Virus record (IMG/VR): IMGVR_UViG_3300021255_000109
Location: 1 to 64,000 of that record
Length of the DNA: 64,000 nt
Direction: 5' to 3' (one strand)
Source: a virus
Lineage: Duplodnaviria; Caudoviricetes
Below, piece after piece: positions 13,148 to 25,877 of the stretch (positions are counted from its first letter, which is position 1; each line of letters opens with the position of its first letter). The notes below the pieces were generated by a model, which was not told the origin of the DNA, ran no database searches, and worked only from the letters and a program-made list of their open reading frames with translations. The translations under genes were made by a program, and so were the position numbers.

Positions 13148-16100
13148 TTACTCCATATATCCAGTGTGTTTTACTCTATGATGTACTTCATCTTGTTTTC
13201 CAAGGTTGAAAGCTGTTGAATAATTACCTGTTAAATAACCTGTAACTCTTCTTAACTGTTGGATTTTTGCGCTTCCGCACATAGGGCATACGTTATTAAA
13301 TTCTCCAGTGTAACCGCACTCTAAGCAAGTGTCATTTGGAACATTTACCGCGAAATACGGTATATTATGATCCATTGCATAAATAACAACTTCTTCTAAA
13401 GCATCTATATTCTTAATAACAGAAGATTCTAATTCTACATAAGTAATACATCCAGCAGAAGAATAACCAGTTAATTGTGACTCAATATCAATTTTATCAA
13501 ATGGACTGATTTGCTTCCACACTGGTACGTGTATAGAATTAGTAAAGAATTCTTTATCAGAAACATTAGGAATAACTCCATATTTATCTCTAAATTTCTT
13601 TAATGCGGTATAGCATAAATTCTCGGCAGGAGTATAATAAACACCAAAATTTAATCTATATTCTTTTTTAAAAGCGGCGCACTTATTTCTAAACATCTCC
13701 TCGATATGCTTTGCTAGATCCATGCCTTCTGTTGTGGTATGATCTTTACCAATTAATATTTGTAGTGCTTCAGCAAGGCCTAATTGACCCAGTGCAAGCG
13801 TTCCATGCTTCAGCGCACTTTCAATACCTTCTTGAGGATGATAGCCAGCCATTGTATTATTTTCATACATGAAACGTGCGCTACTCATTGGTTGGCTGCA
13901 AATCCAGCGGTATCTTTCAATGAGCATGTCTTTTGCATCGTAAATATATTTTTCCAATAGATTCATGAAGGCATCAATTAAATCTTCTCCAGTCTCTTCA
14001 GCAATTCCTTTTGCTTGCATGGCTACAGTTGGAAGGATAATGGTGACAGGGCATATATTACCGCGTCCGTCCTTGCGCTGTCCATTAACTCCTTTTTCAT
14101 GGTTAATATCAAATCCGTTAGCTGTTCTACACATATAAATCTTATATTACTATAAGTACTGACTATATCTTCTATTATAATAAATATTATAATAGTCTCG
14201 CGCTTGGAACTGGTGCTTATCTCCAGTCCTACTCGGCTACATTCATCACCGATAGTCGATACACATTTATTTGGACTTTTTAATTGTATAATCTTTAATA
14301 TATTCATCTTGTTCATAAGCGATTAACCAAGTATTTTTGTATAAACATTTTACTTGTTTTAAGCATCTTCTTGAAATAAATTGATGATTTGTTTCATTAA
14401 AAAATGCTTGCATTTCTGATTGACTATCAAAATGATATTCTTCATTTGTGTAAATGTTTTTACATTTTACTCCTGTTGCTCTTGGATTTTTTCCGCCTAA
14501 TTTTGATTGACGAATTTTATTTCCAATTTGTTTTATTTCTTCAGGAGTTTTGCTTTTATAAGTATTACCGCCACATTTTGATATTGCATCAGTTTCATTA
14601 TAACCAGTATTAACACTATCATAATATTGAATCCAATATTGTTCTTTTTGTGTTAATTCTTCTTGAGTTGTTGCTGTATCAATAACTTCTGCTTTAAAAT
14701 TATCTATACCATAATATCTTATTGCTCTTGCAAAATGAGTATCTAATATATTATTTAAAGCATCATTTTTATGACGGTTAAATCGCTAAGATAAAGAATT
14801 TATTGTTTGACCAATATAAACTTTATTATTGATTAAATTAGTAATTTTATATATTATCATTATAACGCCTCCAAAACTGTTCTACATATATTTAAAAATT
14901 GTGCGGCACAGTTTTGGATGTTTTGTCCAAAATTTAGCACGGATCTCGCCCTAATAACACAGCTATAATATATTAGGGTCTAACCGTTAGCACGCCATTA
15001 AGCGCACACCCTTTAAGCAAGGTTCACGAGATTTTAAATGGAGCGTTTTACACTTCCCATTGTGCTGAAATATGTTGTGGGATCATTTTTGTCATACCCA
15101 GCGTTTCCTGACCAGTCTACATTCGCATAGTTAGGATATAATCGTTTGGCTGTAGAGACGAGAGCTAATCTAAATAAATCGTAATTTGGGTCGCCATATC
15201 TTTTATTTACTCCTTCCATTACTTGGAAAATACCACAAGGGAAAATACTTGTTTTATGAAGTGCGCCAACACCTTCAATAGAAACATCTAATAGGGCTTT
15301 AATAATCATTCTTCCCTCTGGCAAAGTACAAGTGCCATAGTTAATAGAAGTAAATGGAAGTTGATTACCGCTTCTTGACTGTAAAGTATTTAAATTATGA
15401 TATAATCCTTCAACAGCTTGATGCACTTCTCTTTGTGTCATATCTAAAGCATATTGATAAGCCTTTTTAAATAGCATATATTCTGGCGCATCAATACTCA
15501 TTTCTTCACAAGGACTCCATGTATCAATAACGGCATCTCCTGTATCTTTTTCATATGACAGCTGTTCAATATAATGCATCCCATCTTTAAAATGCTTACG
15601 GAAGCTTTTTCTTACATATGGCACCATAGTCCAATCCAAGTGAGTCGCAGAAACGCCACCAAACTGTTGCAAACTTTGAAGTTGGAAAATTACAGCAACT
15701 AATTGAAAAGCTGTACCAACAGAATTGGCCGGGCGCACATCGGTTTGTCTGGTATTGAACCCTTTTGCTAATAATGAATCAAAAGGTATAGATAAACAGT
15801 TGTGCATACCTACTGCATATGCATCTAAATCATGAATATAAATTTCATTGTTTAAATGATGCTGTTTTGCCATAGGAGAAATTAAGTTTTCAAGCGCATA
15901 TGCTCTTGTCATTACTCCTGTTGCTTCGCCCATGCGCCCGCCAAAAGAATGTTCATCTACATTAGCATTTTGATTTTGGACATTACGTGCTTCCAATTTA
16001 TCTTTAATGGCATCAAAGAAATCAGTTTTAATTCCTCTTGCGACTTCTTTCTTGTATCTATAACGAATATAAGCTCTCGCTACGTCTTTGCGCTCAGAAC

Positions 16101-16314
16101 GCATTAAATAGTCTTCAACCATATCTTGTATTTCTTCTACTGTAAATGGTCGATTTAATTTATCAGCTTTTTGTCCAATCTCAAGAGCAATATCTGTAGC
16201 TGTATCTGTCTCATATAGCTATCCGTCAACTTCACAGAAAGCACGATTAATTGCATTAACGATACGTTCACCATCAAATGGCACTAATTCACCATTACGT
16301 TTTAATACATGCAT
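13148..16314 (-). CDS. nrdD: Anaerobic (class III) ribonucleotide reductase; exons 16314-15055 and 14131-13148, ~747 aa spliced (1 TAG in the ATP cone)
   Basis: ATP cone MHVLKRNG; IYIHDLD; TMG|CRT split by the intron; RRVTGYL glycyl-radical motif; Zn ribbon. Confidence 0.93.
14267..14860 (-). CDS. Intron-encoded GIY-YIG homing endonuclease, 197 aa (1 TAG)
   Basis: MIIYKITNLINNKVYIGQT..SLS*RFNRH, E..WI and GYN motifs; GGAGG RBS. Confidence 0.88.
14888..14928 (-). promoter_or_regulatory. Putative late promoter GGACAA-N24-TTTTTAAATAT inside the intron
   Basis: Motif match directly upstream of the endonuclease RBS. Confidence 0.6.
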
Positions 16315-16912
16315 GTTTAATATCCTCCTTATCAATAACTAACCAGTTAATTAATCCTCTGACTACTATATCAGCCTCTTGTTCTACTGTATTTCCTTCA
16401 GTATCTATTATTAAAATATCTGGACGATCATGCGCTACAAATTCTTTAAAAGCTTTAAAATCTTTTGCATCAGCTGTAAAACGTCTAATAATTTCATTAA
16501 TATCAGGGTTAATTTCTCTATTTAGTTGTCTTAATAGTCTGGTTTTGGAACTACACAGGCAATGCACAATAAGAACATCTACATTAGAATTTTCACATAA
16601 ATATTCTACTCCCTCTGGATTAAATACTCCAATATTTATTTTATTTGGTTTTAAAGAATCCATTGCAGTACCATAAGCCCAACCATTAAATACTGTAGCT
16701 TCTAACATTTTATCTTTGCTAATTAAATTTGCAAATTCATCAGCAGTAACAAAATGATAATTAATTCCATCTGTCTCATAATCTCTTTTTGGTCTTGTCG
16801 TATAACTTATTATTTCATTACTATCTATTTTCTTATATAAACGCTGAAGAAGAGAGTCTTTTCCAGACCCTGCTTCTCCAACGATAGCTATTACTTTATA
16901 CCTATGACTCAT
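16295..16912 (-). CDS. gmk: Guanylate kinase-like protein
   Basis: GEAGSGKD P-loop, SYTTRPKR, GINYHFV and YGT motifs. Confidence 0.9.
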   Translation of the reverse strand: MSHRYKVIAIVGEAGSGKDSLLQRLYKKIDSNEIISYTTRPKRDYETDGINYHFVTADEFANLISKDKMLEATVFNGWAYGTAMDSLKPNKINIGVFNPEGVEYLCENSNVDVLIVHCLCSSKTRLLRQLNREINPDINEIIRRFTADAKDFKAFKEFVAHDRPDILIIDTEGNTVEQEADIVVRGLINWLVIDKEDIKHACIKT

Positions 16913-19900
16913 CTTCTTCTTCAATGCCTCCTTGATATCGTGCATCTTGTAACGTAACATTACCATCTTTATCAATTGACGTAATTTTATATAATTGATG
17001 TCCTGCGGTACTTGCGTATTTCTTACAAATGAAATTATCCCCTGAGCGCATACCGTTTACAATAATCATGTTTCCTCTATTAAACCAAGACTTTTCAATT
17101 ATATGTTTTTTGCCATCATCTCCACGTTCAGAAATCTGCTTATCAAATAATGCGAAATATTCTTTTCTAAACTTAACTTCAACTACTCCTGAAGTCGTTA
17201 ATAATGTTACTGTGCTCTTATTTTTATTCTTACTAATACAAGTCCCAGCAATCTTTGTAAGTTCAAATAATGGAATTTCTTTTCCACCTCTCTTCCAATA
17301 TTTACTTACTACTGGATCTTCTGGTAATGAATAAAAATCACTTACGCCATATAAAAATGTATTAAAGTTAGTTAATTCATGTTCATGATAATAGAAACAA
17401 GCGACTTCCATTTCCCAAGATGAATAATTGCCTTTTGCATCATCATCCCAATCTTGTTTAAAGATAATAGAGTTTAATTTTTTTAAGATACCTTCTCTAT
17501 CTGATGCTATCCAATTTCTAAATATATCCATTTCTTTCTGATAGATTTTATCCCAAGCATTCATATTAAGTAAAAATCCGCCATCTACGTCTATGAAATT
17601 ATCTCTATCAATTTCTGTCATGAAGTTGATTGCTCTTTCATCAAGATGATAATTAATCGAATCACCGGTAACTTTACAACAAGCTTTTAAATATCTATTA
17701 AATTCATATATTCTTTTTCCTAATTTCATATTATCACTATCGAGTGGAACAAGATTATATTTAAATAGACTTGGCATATTCTGTAAAGTTAATCTACTTT
17801 TTTTATCACAAGTTTCCCATAAAAACCATGCCATTACAAACTTGCGTTCTTCCATCATGTCAAACGCGCCAGCCTTAATTAAAGATAACATAGCTTTACG
17901 CCCTGGATTAACTTTATAATAAAAATCTTTTGGTGATTTATATGGACGTTTTTCTATTATATTTGCAATTACATCATCACCAACATTTAACAAATTCTTT
18001 AAACCTAAAAGGATTCTATTATTTTTTACATCTGGTCTAAAACCAAAGTCAGATTGATTAATATCTACTAAACTGACATTAATACCAGCTTGTTTAATAT
18101 CTCCAATCGCTTTTGCAATTTTCCCATAATCAGTTTGACCACCGGCATCTGGGTCCATTGCTCCGCTATTTACTATCAAACAACTTGTATTCCAATAGAT
18201 TGGATTGAAATGAGTTGCAAGATAACACATTTGAATACCAACAAATGAATATGGTAAACTATGATTTTTACTAAATGCGTATCCTAATGAAGGAGCTACC
18301 GCAATTTCCCAAATATAATCAGCATATATATTATTATTTACGTGTTCATATAACTGCTTTCTTAATTCAGGAATTTTTTTCATTTGCTTCTTTGCAACTA
18401 CCTTACGTGCGGCATTTGCTTCTGCCAATGTAAAATTTGCGATATTTTCATCCATTAAGATTTCCATCATTTGCTCCTGTAACGGAACTGTTCCATAATA
18501 ATCATCACAATACTTATGAAACGCTGCTCGTTGCTCTGTTGTTAAATCATGTTTTAACATTTCCATTTCAAATGCTGACGGATTATTTTTAATTCTTACA
18601 TATCTATCCTGCGGTGATTCCTTACCTTTCTCTGCCATCAAGCGCATCAATGCGGACGCCGCAGTCATCTCCAACATATTCTGTGGTTTTAATTTCTTTG
18701 CTATCATTAAACCGACTCCGGTTGCAAATTGGAATATATCCAAAATATCGCCTGCGGCTAAATGATCCCACAATTGCTGCTCTGTCACATCTATTACTTC
18801 TGGATGCAACCATTTATCATAAAATGTTCTTAAATCTACATTTGGAATTTCTGCTTCTTCTTTTAAGATTTCATAACACTTAATAATCTTATCAGATGCT
18901 TCAGTTACAAGAAAATCATATTTTGTATCTCCTGCGGCTTCTGCTTCATGTAAATCCCAACAAGTAATCATATCTCCACCTGGAGTCTGCATAAATGATG
19001 CTGTATCAAATGGATCATTTCCATATAAAATAACACCACTTGCATGACTACTTCTTTTATTCACCAATCCACAAATGTAAATAATAATATCTAATAGACC
19101 AGGATATTTATTTACTTCATCAAGAAATGCTTTTACTGGCTTTCTATCTCTCTCTTCATTACCGTAGATAACATCATTAATCTCCCATAAAAATCCACGT
19201 TCTTGTGGGATCAATGAAGACATATATAAGGCAATATCAGAATCAATACCATCGGGAAACTCTTCACTTCTATAACCACGGCACGCAGTTTGAATTGCTG
19301 ATTTCGTACCCTCAGTTCCAAAAGTTGCAACCTGAGATAATCCAAACTTACCACGTTCTTCTCTAATCTTCTGGAAAATTAAAGGGCGTTTACTTGGAGC
19401 AAGGTCAATATCAATATCAGGTAACTCCGCTCTCTCTTTATTAAGGAATCGCCAATATGGAAGATTCCATCTAATCGGATCAAGCTGAGTAATTCCTAAT
19501 AAGTAGTTGCTAAGGAATCCAGTTGATGAACCACGCCCTGGACCAACGATACTCCCGCACTCCCAGAATAAGTCAATATAATGTTTAAATGTATTGAAAT
19601 ATGCGAAAAGACAATCATCTAATTTTTCTCCAATACATTTAATAACATCAGCTTCAGTTTCCAATCTTTGCCAATATTCTTCTTTATCTGTAAATCCTTT
19701 AACTTTCATTGCTGCACAACACTCAGATAACCAATATCTTTCTTGTAATTCATTACTATTTGCCAATGATTTTAATATTGGATACTTATCTGTAAAATCA
19801 AACTTTTCTATATACGGCAAATCAACTTTAGGAATAATTTGTTTTCTTTCAAGACTAAACCAATTTATTTTCTTTTGTAAATCTAAACTATTTGCAAATA

Positions 19901-20756
19901 ACCAATCAACAACATCTTCAGGAAAACTTTCCATTAATAATGTCTTAGCTTCATCTGGAGACATAACATATGTATACGCATAAAACTTATCAGTTTCTCT
20001 TTCTCCTTCTTTTGAAGTAAGATAAGCTTTATGAATCATTCTATCTTCTGGTCTTAAATAATGGGCATCAGTTCCCACAACCATCGGAATGTTATATGCT
20101 TGAGATATTTTATATAATTTTTGATTTACAATAATCTGGTCATTATCTGTACTCGGAGCGCACTCTATGTAAAAATCTTCACCAAATAAATCTAAACAAT
20201 ATTTGAGAAAACTTTTAATATTTTGATAATAAATCTCTGCATTACTTATATCATTTACCTTTTCATATAATGACATTTGTAATGCATTAGATGATAATTC
20301 TCCACCAATACAAGCACTTGTTGCAATTATATGGCCAGGATTTTTAGAAATAATTTCTTGAACCTCAGATTTCAAGATTGGTACTCTTTCCATCTTACCT
20401 GTCTTATATAAATTATCCCACGCAATTGTACTTAACTCTTTCAATTGCTTATATCCTATTTCATCTTTTGCAATAAAAATAAAGTGATAATACTTCTGTT
20501 TAGGCTCTCTTGTATCAGTTAAATAAACTTCATTACCTAATGCAATCGTAAAGTCTGGATCAGTTTCACGTATTACTTTAGCTATTTTATTTACTGTCAT
20601 ATGCGAACTAAGAGTCTCATGGTCTGTAATTGCAAGACCGCTGAGACCCAAATCTTTACTTGTCTTTATTAAAGCTTCTGGCCGATTGATGCAATCAAGT
20701 AAACGGAGATTTGAATACATAGTATGAGCATGACAATTAAAATAAGTCATTGGCAT
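16896..20756 (-). CDS. dnaE: DNA polymerase III alpha subunit (C-family); TAG at 16902 read through to TAA at 16896
   Basis: PHP domain (HAHTMYS, ITDH), GPGRGS, RFLN.ER, PDIDID, HASG and KYDFL motifs; OB fold. Confidence 0.95.
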
Positions 20757-20786
20757 TTACCTCATTCATATTTTCTCTATATATGT

Positions 20787-20815
20787 ATTATACCATATTT
20801 TTTACTTTATGTCAA
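20787..20815 (-). promoter_or_regulatory. sigma70-type promoter
   Basis: TTGACA-17-TATAAT. Confidence 0.8.
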
Positions 20816-20836
20816 GTAAACCTGGACAATAGTCCA

Positions 20837-21994
20837 TTATCTATAATTCCTAACTATCACCAATTTTTGAACTGCACGAGTACATGCAGTATATAACCAA
20901 CGCTTATGATCTCCGCCCTTAAGATATTCTTCAAGAACTAAGACCTTATTATATTCGCTACCTTGAGATTTGTGAACTGTAATACAATAAGCATATTCAA
21001 ATGGTTTAATGCATAAGTTTTTTAAAAATCTGAAATTTTCTTTAGTAACAACTGGTGTATGCTCTAAAAATAATTTTGCATCCATAAACATTGGATTAAA
21101 AGTATCTTCAGTATCATTAATATCTAATCCACATGAGAAAATGTGTACATTACCAACCCTTGGAACTGATAAAGATAAATCTCTAATACTATTGATATTA
21201 CCTATTAAACCGTTAACTAAAGGTTGAAATTCACCAGTAGAAAAAGTATTCCAGTCATTATGACCACACACTACTTTATCATTAATAATAGGAGTAGGAT
21301 CTTCTACATTCCACAAGGCTTTACGAACGTAATCATTTACATTATATCTTGTTTCATTCTTGCCGCATAATACTTGATCAGCCCAAGTATACATACCTGT
21401 TACTAAATCAGATTTATCAATGATAATTACTTCTTTACCGCGCATTAATGGTAATGGTTTACCTTCACGGATATCCATACTAAGACGAATAATTTCAGAC
21501 TCTTGTGCTTGGCGCACAATCTCATCCAAAAAGATATGAGGATGCTCCAAAATACCATTATCTTCTCCTATTGGCGGGAGCTGACCTGGGTCACCAAGAG
21601 CAATTACATGAACATAATGAGATAATAAAAGCTCCCACATTTCTTTTGGAAGCATAGATACTTCATCAACAACAATTAATTTATATGGCTATTCTAATGG
21701 TCTACGGGGTACAAATGCAAAAGTACCATCATTCTTAGGCCAACAGCGATATAATAACTTGTGCGCAGTCATAGCGTTCGGGCATCCTTTTGATTTTAAT
21801 ACTAAAGATGCTTTACCCGTATAAGCAACATATGCGACATCTTGTCTATCTATATTTAATGCATCAATAATAAAAGAAACCAACGTTGATTTTCCGCTTC
21901 CAGCGTACCCGGAAATAACTGTATATGGTTCATGATTATTATATCTTTGCAAAGCAATATTTAATCCTTCGGCTTGCTTTCTTGTTAATTCCAT
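20837..21994 (-). CDS. RecD/Dda-like SF1B helicase, 385 aa (1 TAG at 21689)
   Basis: GYAGSGKS, VVDEVSM (just after the TAG), GDPGQLPP, TVHKSQGSE and YTACTRA motifs. Confidence 0.9.
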
Positions 21995-22025
21995 ACTTTC
22001 TCCTTTTACTATGTTTTCTAATTAT

Positions 22026-22054
22026 ATTATACCATTTTTTATAAAAATTGTCAA
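22026..22054 (-). promoter_or_regulatory. sigma70-type promoter
   Basis: TTGACA-17-TATAAT. Confidence 0.8.
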
Positions 22055-22207
22055 CTCATAATTTTCTGGAAAAAATACCCAGGGCTTTTTTAAATCTGAT
22101 TTTTCGGGTCTTTCAGCTGTGGCCGGCCGGATGTTTAGAACGGAAAAATGGGGGATAGTTTTATTATATAACTACCCCCCTTAATTATATAGTTGCATTT
22201 AGAAACG

Positions 22208-22424
22208 TCAGAATGCAGAAGCAATAGCATCTGCAACTTTAGTCTTGAAAGAAGCAAGGTCTGCATCTACAACGGCAGAATTTAGATTAGCTTCATCATG
22301 ATAAGTGATGTTTAAATAATAATTATCATAATTATCAGCATTAAAACTAAATGTAGCAAGTACCACATCATTTTCTACACTTGCTGCGCTACAATTATAT
22401 CCTGCATTGTCAATTCTTAACATA
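22208..22424 (-). CDS. Small hypothetical protein (likely start MLRID)
   Basis: AAGGAGG RBS; followed by a hairpin terminator at ~22150-22180. Confidence 0.65.
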
Positions 22425-22512
22425 TCGTTATCCTCCTTAAAAATAAATACGAGATGAGTTTTTCTCAATCTTTATAACTTTTCTATGAACAGTTTTAATG
22501 TATTTTGTCCAA

Positions 22513-24255
22513 TTAGAAATCGAAGGCCATAGAGCGTGTGATCTCATAATCTTCGATTAAAACCTATGGATTTTCATATCCATTCCATTTATTTATTGCA
22601 CAAGTGCCAATAACACTTAATTCTTTCCATCCAGTATCAGAATACAATGCGTTAAATTCGTCTTCATTAGTATTAAACTTAATAAAGCTCAATTGACCGC
22701 ACGTAATTTTAATAGTTGTGCCTTTCATAATTTGGATATTATCTTTATTAATTCTTACTTTTGTAAATAACACATACGGTTTTTCTAATCCTTGTCCCCA
22801 GTAATCATTCATCTTACCTAAATCATATACCCATTCTTCTATATGATCTATTGGATATGTCATAGGAATTTTTAAATCAATAAACCACATTGGGGAGAAA
22901 TCAATATCTGGATATTTCTCATTTAAAGATTTTATCAATAGAGGAAAAGCTGAATCTTTTATACCAACTCCTCCTGCATTTGAATGGCCTTCGCAATATT
23001 CAACTAAACCAGTGTCCAAGAACATTTGTCGAGTATCTGTAATAGGTATGTGCGGGGCGCCTCTCATTGATCCTTCCCACCAGATTTCTCCATCATGTTC
23101 TGTCTGATTAAGAATTGCGGTCGGGTGTCTATATTTATTTGCAATCTATGTAGCAATTAAACCAGTTACATTACGGTCAGCAGCCATTTCCTTTGGAAGC
23201 TTAACCGCAATTAAAACATTATCGAGTAAATGCTTCTATTGAATAATTTGCTCAATGATTTCTGTCTGGGCCGTAATGATCTTACTTTGTCTATTTTTAA
23301 CATTAGTGCAGGTACGTACAGCTTGCTCTACTCTAGTTTCTGTTAATCCCTTACAGCCTCTTTTTGTGGAAGGGATCTATTCATATGCTAAATATTCCAG
23401 CATAGATTCAAACAGAATTGTACGTTCTTCTAATGTACCAGAACGTGTCATCGCGTTAACGAATGGTGCAATATAAAATGATATATTAAATGGCGTAAGA
23501 TGATTTTGTATCTTAAACTCTTGACGTTTCATCATCTCTTTGATGAATGGATTATTTGGATTAGCCATGCCTTGCTCTATGATATAACGAGTTTCAAATT
23601 CGCGCAAATCCATAATATCAGCAATAATACCAAGAGCAGCCAAATCTAAAAAATATATAGAGTTATCTATATTTAATAATTCATCAATATAAGAACAAAA
23701 CTTATAAACCATACCTGCGCCAGATAGTGTTTTATTTGGATAATCACTAATTTGATTATTAATTATACAAGCATAGTCTGATTCATGGTCTGCAATATGA
23801 TGATCAATTACTAATACATCACATCCTCTTTCAGCAAGAGCTTTATGTATCTCGTAATCATTGCTACTTGCATCTGGCGCGATTACCATTTTTATATCTT
23901 CTGGAATGGTTTCTAATTTTAAACCATGACTTTTATCAGGGTGTAATCTATAAGTAATATAATTTTGTACATATGCGGGGAATAAAGAATTTAAATAATT
24001 AATTAAAAGTGCTGCAGAAGTATAACCATCACAATCACTATCTACTTGAATAAATATTTTATCTTTAGCCTAAATATGTTTAATTAATAAAGTTACGCCC
24101 CTTTTAATATTTTGTATTATCTCAGGATCAATTAAATCCTATTCTGTTGTTGTTTTATAATGATATAAATCTTCAGGCTAAAGTCCTCGATTTATAAATA
24201 CCTATTCAACTGGTGGTACTTTTGGTACTTCTGGGCCAATTAATTGATAATTCAT
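22513..24255 (-). CDS. recJ: RecJ-like DHH-family ssDNA exonuclease, 580 aa (8 TAG)
   Basis: VDSDCDGYTSAA, K.HG, VIDHH, LSGAG, IAP.VNA, GHSNAGG and ENP*VLIEDY in one frame. Confidence 0.9.
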
Positions 24256-24267
24256 ATTATTCTCCTT

Positions 24268-24465
24268 TTAACGAACTTTGTAATAACGACATACTATTGC
24301 TTTTTTTAAAAATTTAATAATCTTGTCGCTACATCTACATTCCCACCAATCATAGCCGCCAGGGATGCCAAGTGCAGATAGAGAGGTAAATTTTGCATGA
24401 GCACAATATTTACAATTAGGATGTGATTTTCTATATTCTTTAACATCTTGCTCTAATGTTTGCAT
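24268..24465 (-). CDS. Small Cys-rich protein
   Basis: CKYC...C.C...C; fits the operon spacing. Confidence 0.65.
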   Translation of the reverse strand: MQTLEQDVKEYRKSHPNCKYCAHAKFTSLSALGIPGGYDWWECRCSDKIIKFLKKAIVCRYYKVR

Positions 24466-24466
24466 T

Positions 24467-25570
24467 TTACAAAATTATCCTTTCTTTAAACAGCTTTAAA
24501 AATTTTTCTTTACCTTCATCTATTGGGCTTGCTTTATAAGATGTAATCATATTTTTATCAAAAATAAATGACATTAAAACTAAACTCTTATATTTTTCAT
24601 TGAAATTAGTTAATTTCTTTGTATATCGTTTGAATTCTGGATCTCCAATTGCCTGAAACTGACGATCAAATGCAACAATGATTTCTTTTGCACCAGCCTC
24701 TAATAAAAGTTGCACATGATAAGAAGATAATGTACTACCACAACAAGCAACTGAAATATCATTTTCTATTCCAAAATATGTTTGATATAAAAGACATGAT
24801 TTCTCAGCTTCAAATACAATAGCTTTACCAATCGTTTTAATATTCTCTTTTGAATTATTAAAATTATATAAATTATAACCAAGAGGATGATTAAACATTA
24901 TTCCATTGATTTTGATTGGTCTATATTTACCAAATTGTTCAGCTTCTTCTTTACACATTGTGCGGCCGCGCAGACCAATTAATTCACCTTCACTATTATA
25001 GTGTGGGATGGTTATTTGATCTGTCGCATAACAATATCCTATCTTAGCATGATCTAATACCTCTTGTGAAATATGTTCATCAAGCCACGGTTGCAAACGA
25101 CATTTGTACTTATAAAAGTTATTAGCAATAGTATTATCATAGATTTTTAAATCAGGATGAATATCTTCTGGTGTTTCAATTTCATTTATTTTTTCATAAT
25201 CGTTTAAATAATGCCAGTCCTCTAAACCAATATCATCATCTAAAACTGTACCATCTATATTAAATTTATAAGCAATATATCTAACAGCATCTATTAAACC
25301 CATTTGTCTATTTGATTGTATTAACGCTACTTTTGCGGTTAAATCAAATATATCAAATGCGCAATCGCAATCAGTATAACACTTAAATAATTTAGTGTTT
25401 TCATAATAGTATAACTTACGACTTCCAACTCCTGGAGGATTATGACAGATTGTGGAGCAGACAATCCCAGTATTATTATATTCTGGTTCTCCGCCCCACT
25501 CTTGTAACAAATCAAAAATATTATCAAGTGTTAAACTTTCTCTTATTTCTGTTTTGTTATATTCTGTCAT
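24467..25570 (-). CDS. dnaG: DNA primase
   Basis: N-terminal Zn-binding region (CH...C..C); TOPRIM FEAEKS and AFDRQ motifs. Confidence 0.85.
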   Translation of the reverse strand: MTEYNKTEIRESLTLDNIFDLLQEWGGEPEYNNTGIVCSTICHNPPGVGSRKLYYYENTKLFKCYTDCDCAFDIFDLTAKVALIQSNRQMGLIDAVRYIAYKFNIDGTVLDDDIGLEDWHYLNDYEKINEIETPEDIHPDLKIYDNTIANNFYKYKCRLQPWLDEHISQEVLDHAKIGYCYATDQITIPHYNSEGELIGLRGRTMCKEEAEQFGKYRPIKINGIMFNHPLGYNLYNFNNSKENIKTIGKAIVFEAEKSCLLYQTYFGIENDISVACCGSTLSSYHVQLLLEAGAKEIIVAFDRQFQAIGDPEFKRYTKKLTNFNEKYKSLVLMSFIFDKNMITSYKASPIDEGKEKFLKLFKERIIL

Positions 25571-25571
25571 T

Positions 25572-25868
25572 TTAATCTCCTATAATCACACTTTGACAAT
25601 ATCCACGTAAACCATATTGTTCAGTTATATATTGACATAAATAAGCCTGTGGATGTACTTTCTTTGGGGCATCACGTAAAATATCTTTCGCGCACTCAGC
25701 ACTCATTTTATATTCATAAGGATCTCCAGATACGCCTTCCGGCCTATCAGCAATATACTTCTTTGCCTTTTTGGAAACAGACATAGGCGCAGTATAATTG
25801 CGCTTATTCTTCTTCTTACCAGTATTTTCAAATCCTTTATTAGTCTTTACTGCATTATTTTTAGCCAT
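25572..25868 (-). CDS. Basic hypothetical protein
   Basis: ORF with AGGAGG RBS. Confidence 0.65.
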   Translation of the reverse strand: MAKNNAVKTNKGFENTGKKKNKRNYTAPMSVSKKAKKYIADRPEGVSGDPYEYKMSAECAKDILRDAPKKVHPQAYLCQYITEQYGLRGYCQSVIIGD

Positions 25869-25877
25869 ATTTCCTCC

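Larger units (their letters stand above)
14132..15054 (-). mobile_element. Group I intron in nrdD (~923 nt)
   Basis: Interrupts the conserved MG|CRT; ends in G; P7-like GACUAU/AUAGUC pairing; P1-like hairpin at the 5' end; internal endonuclease ORF. Confidence 0.88.

Noticed and set aside
16896-20756. Intein in DnaE, DnaB or gyrase
   Set aside because: Lengths fit the uninterrupted enzymes, and no C...HN/C splice motifs or LAGLIDADG blocks were seen.
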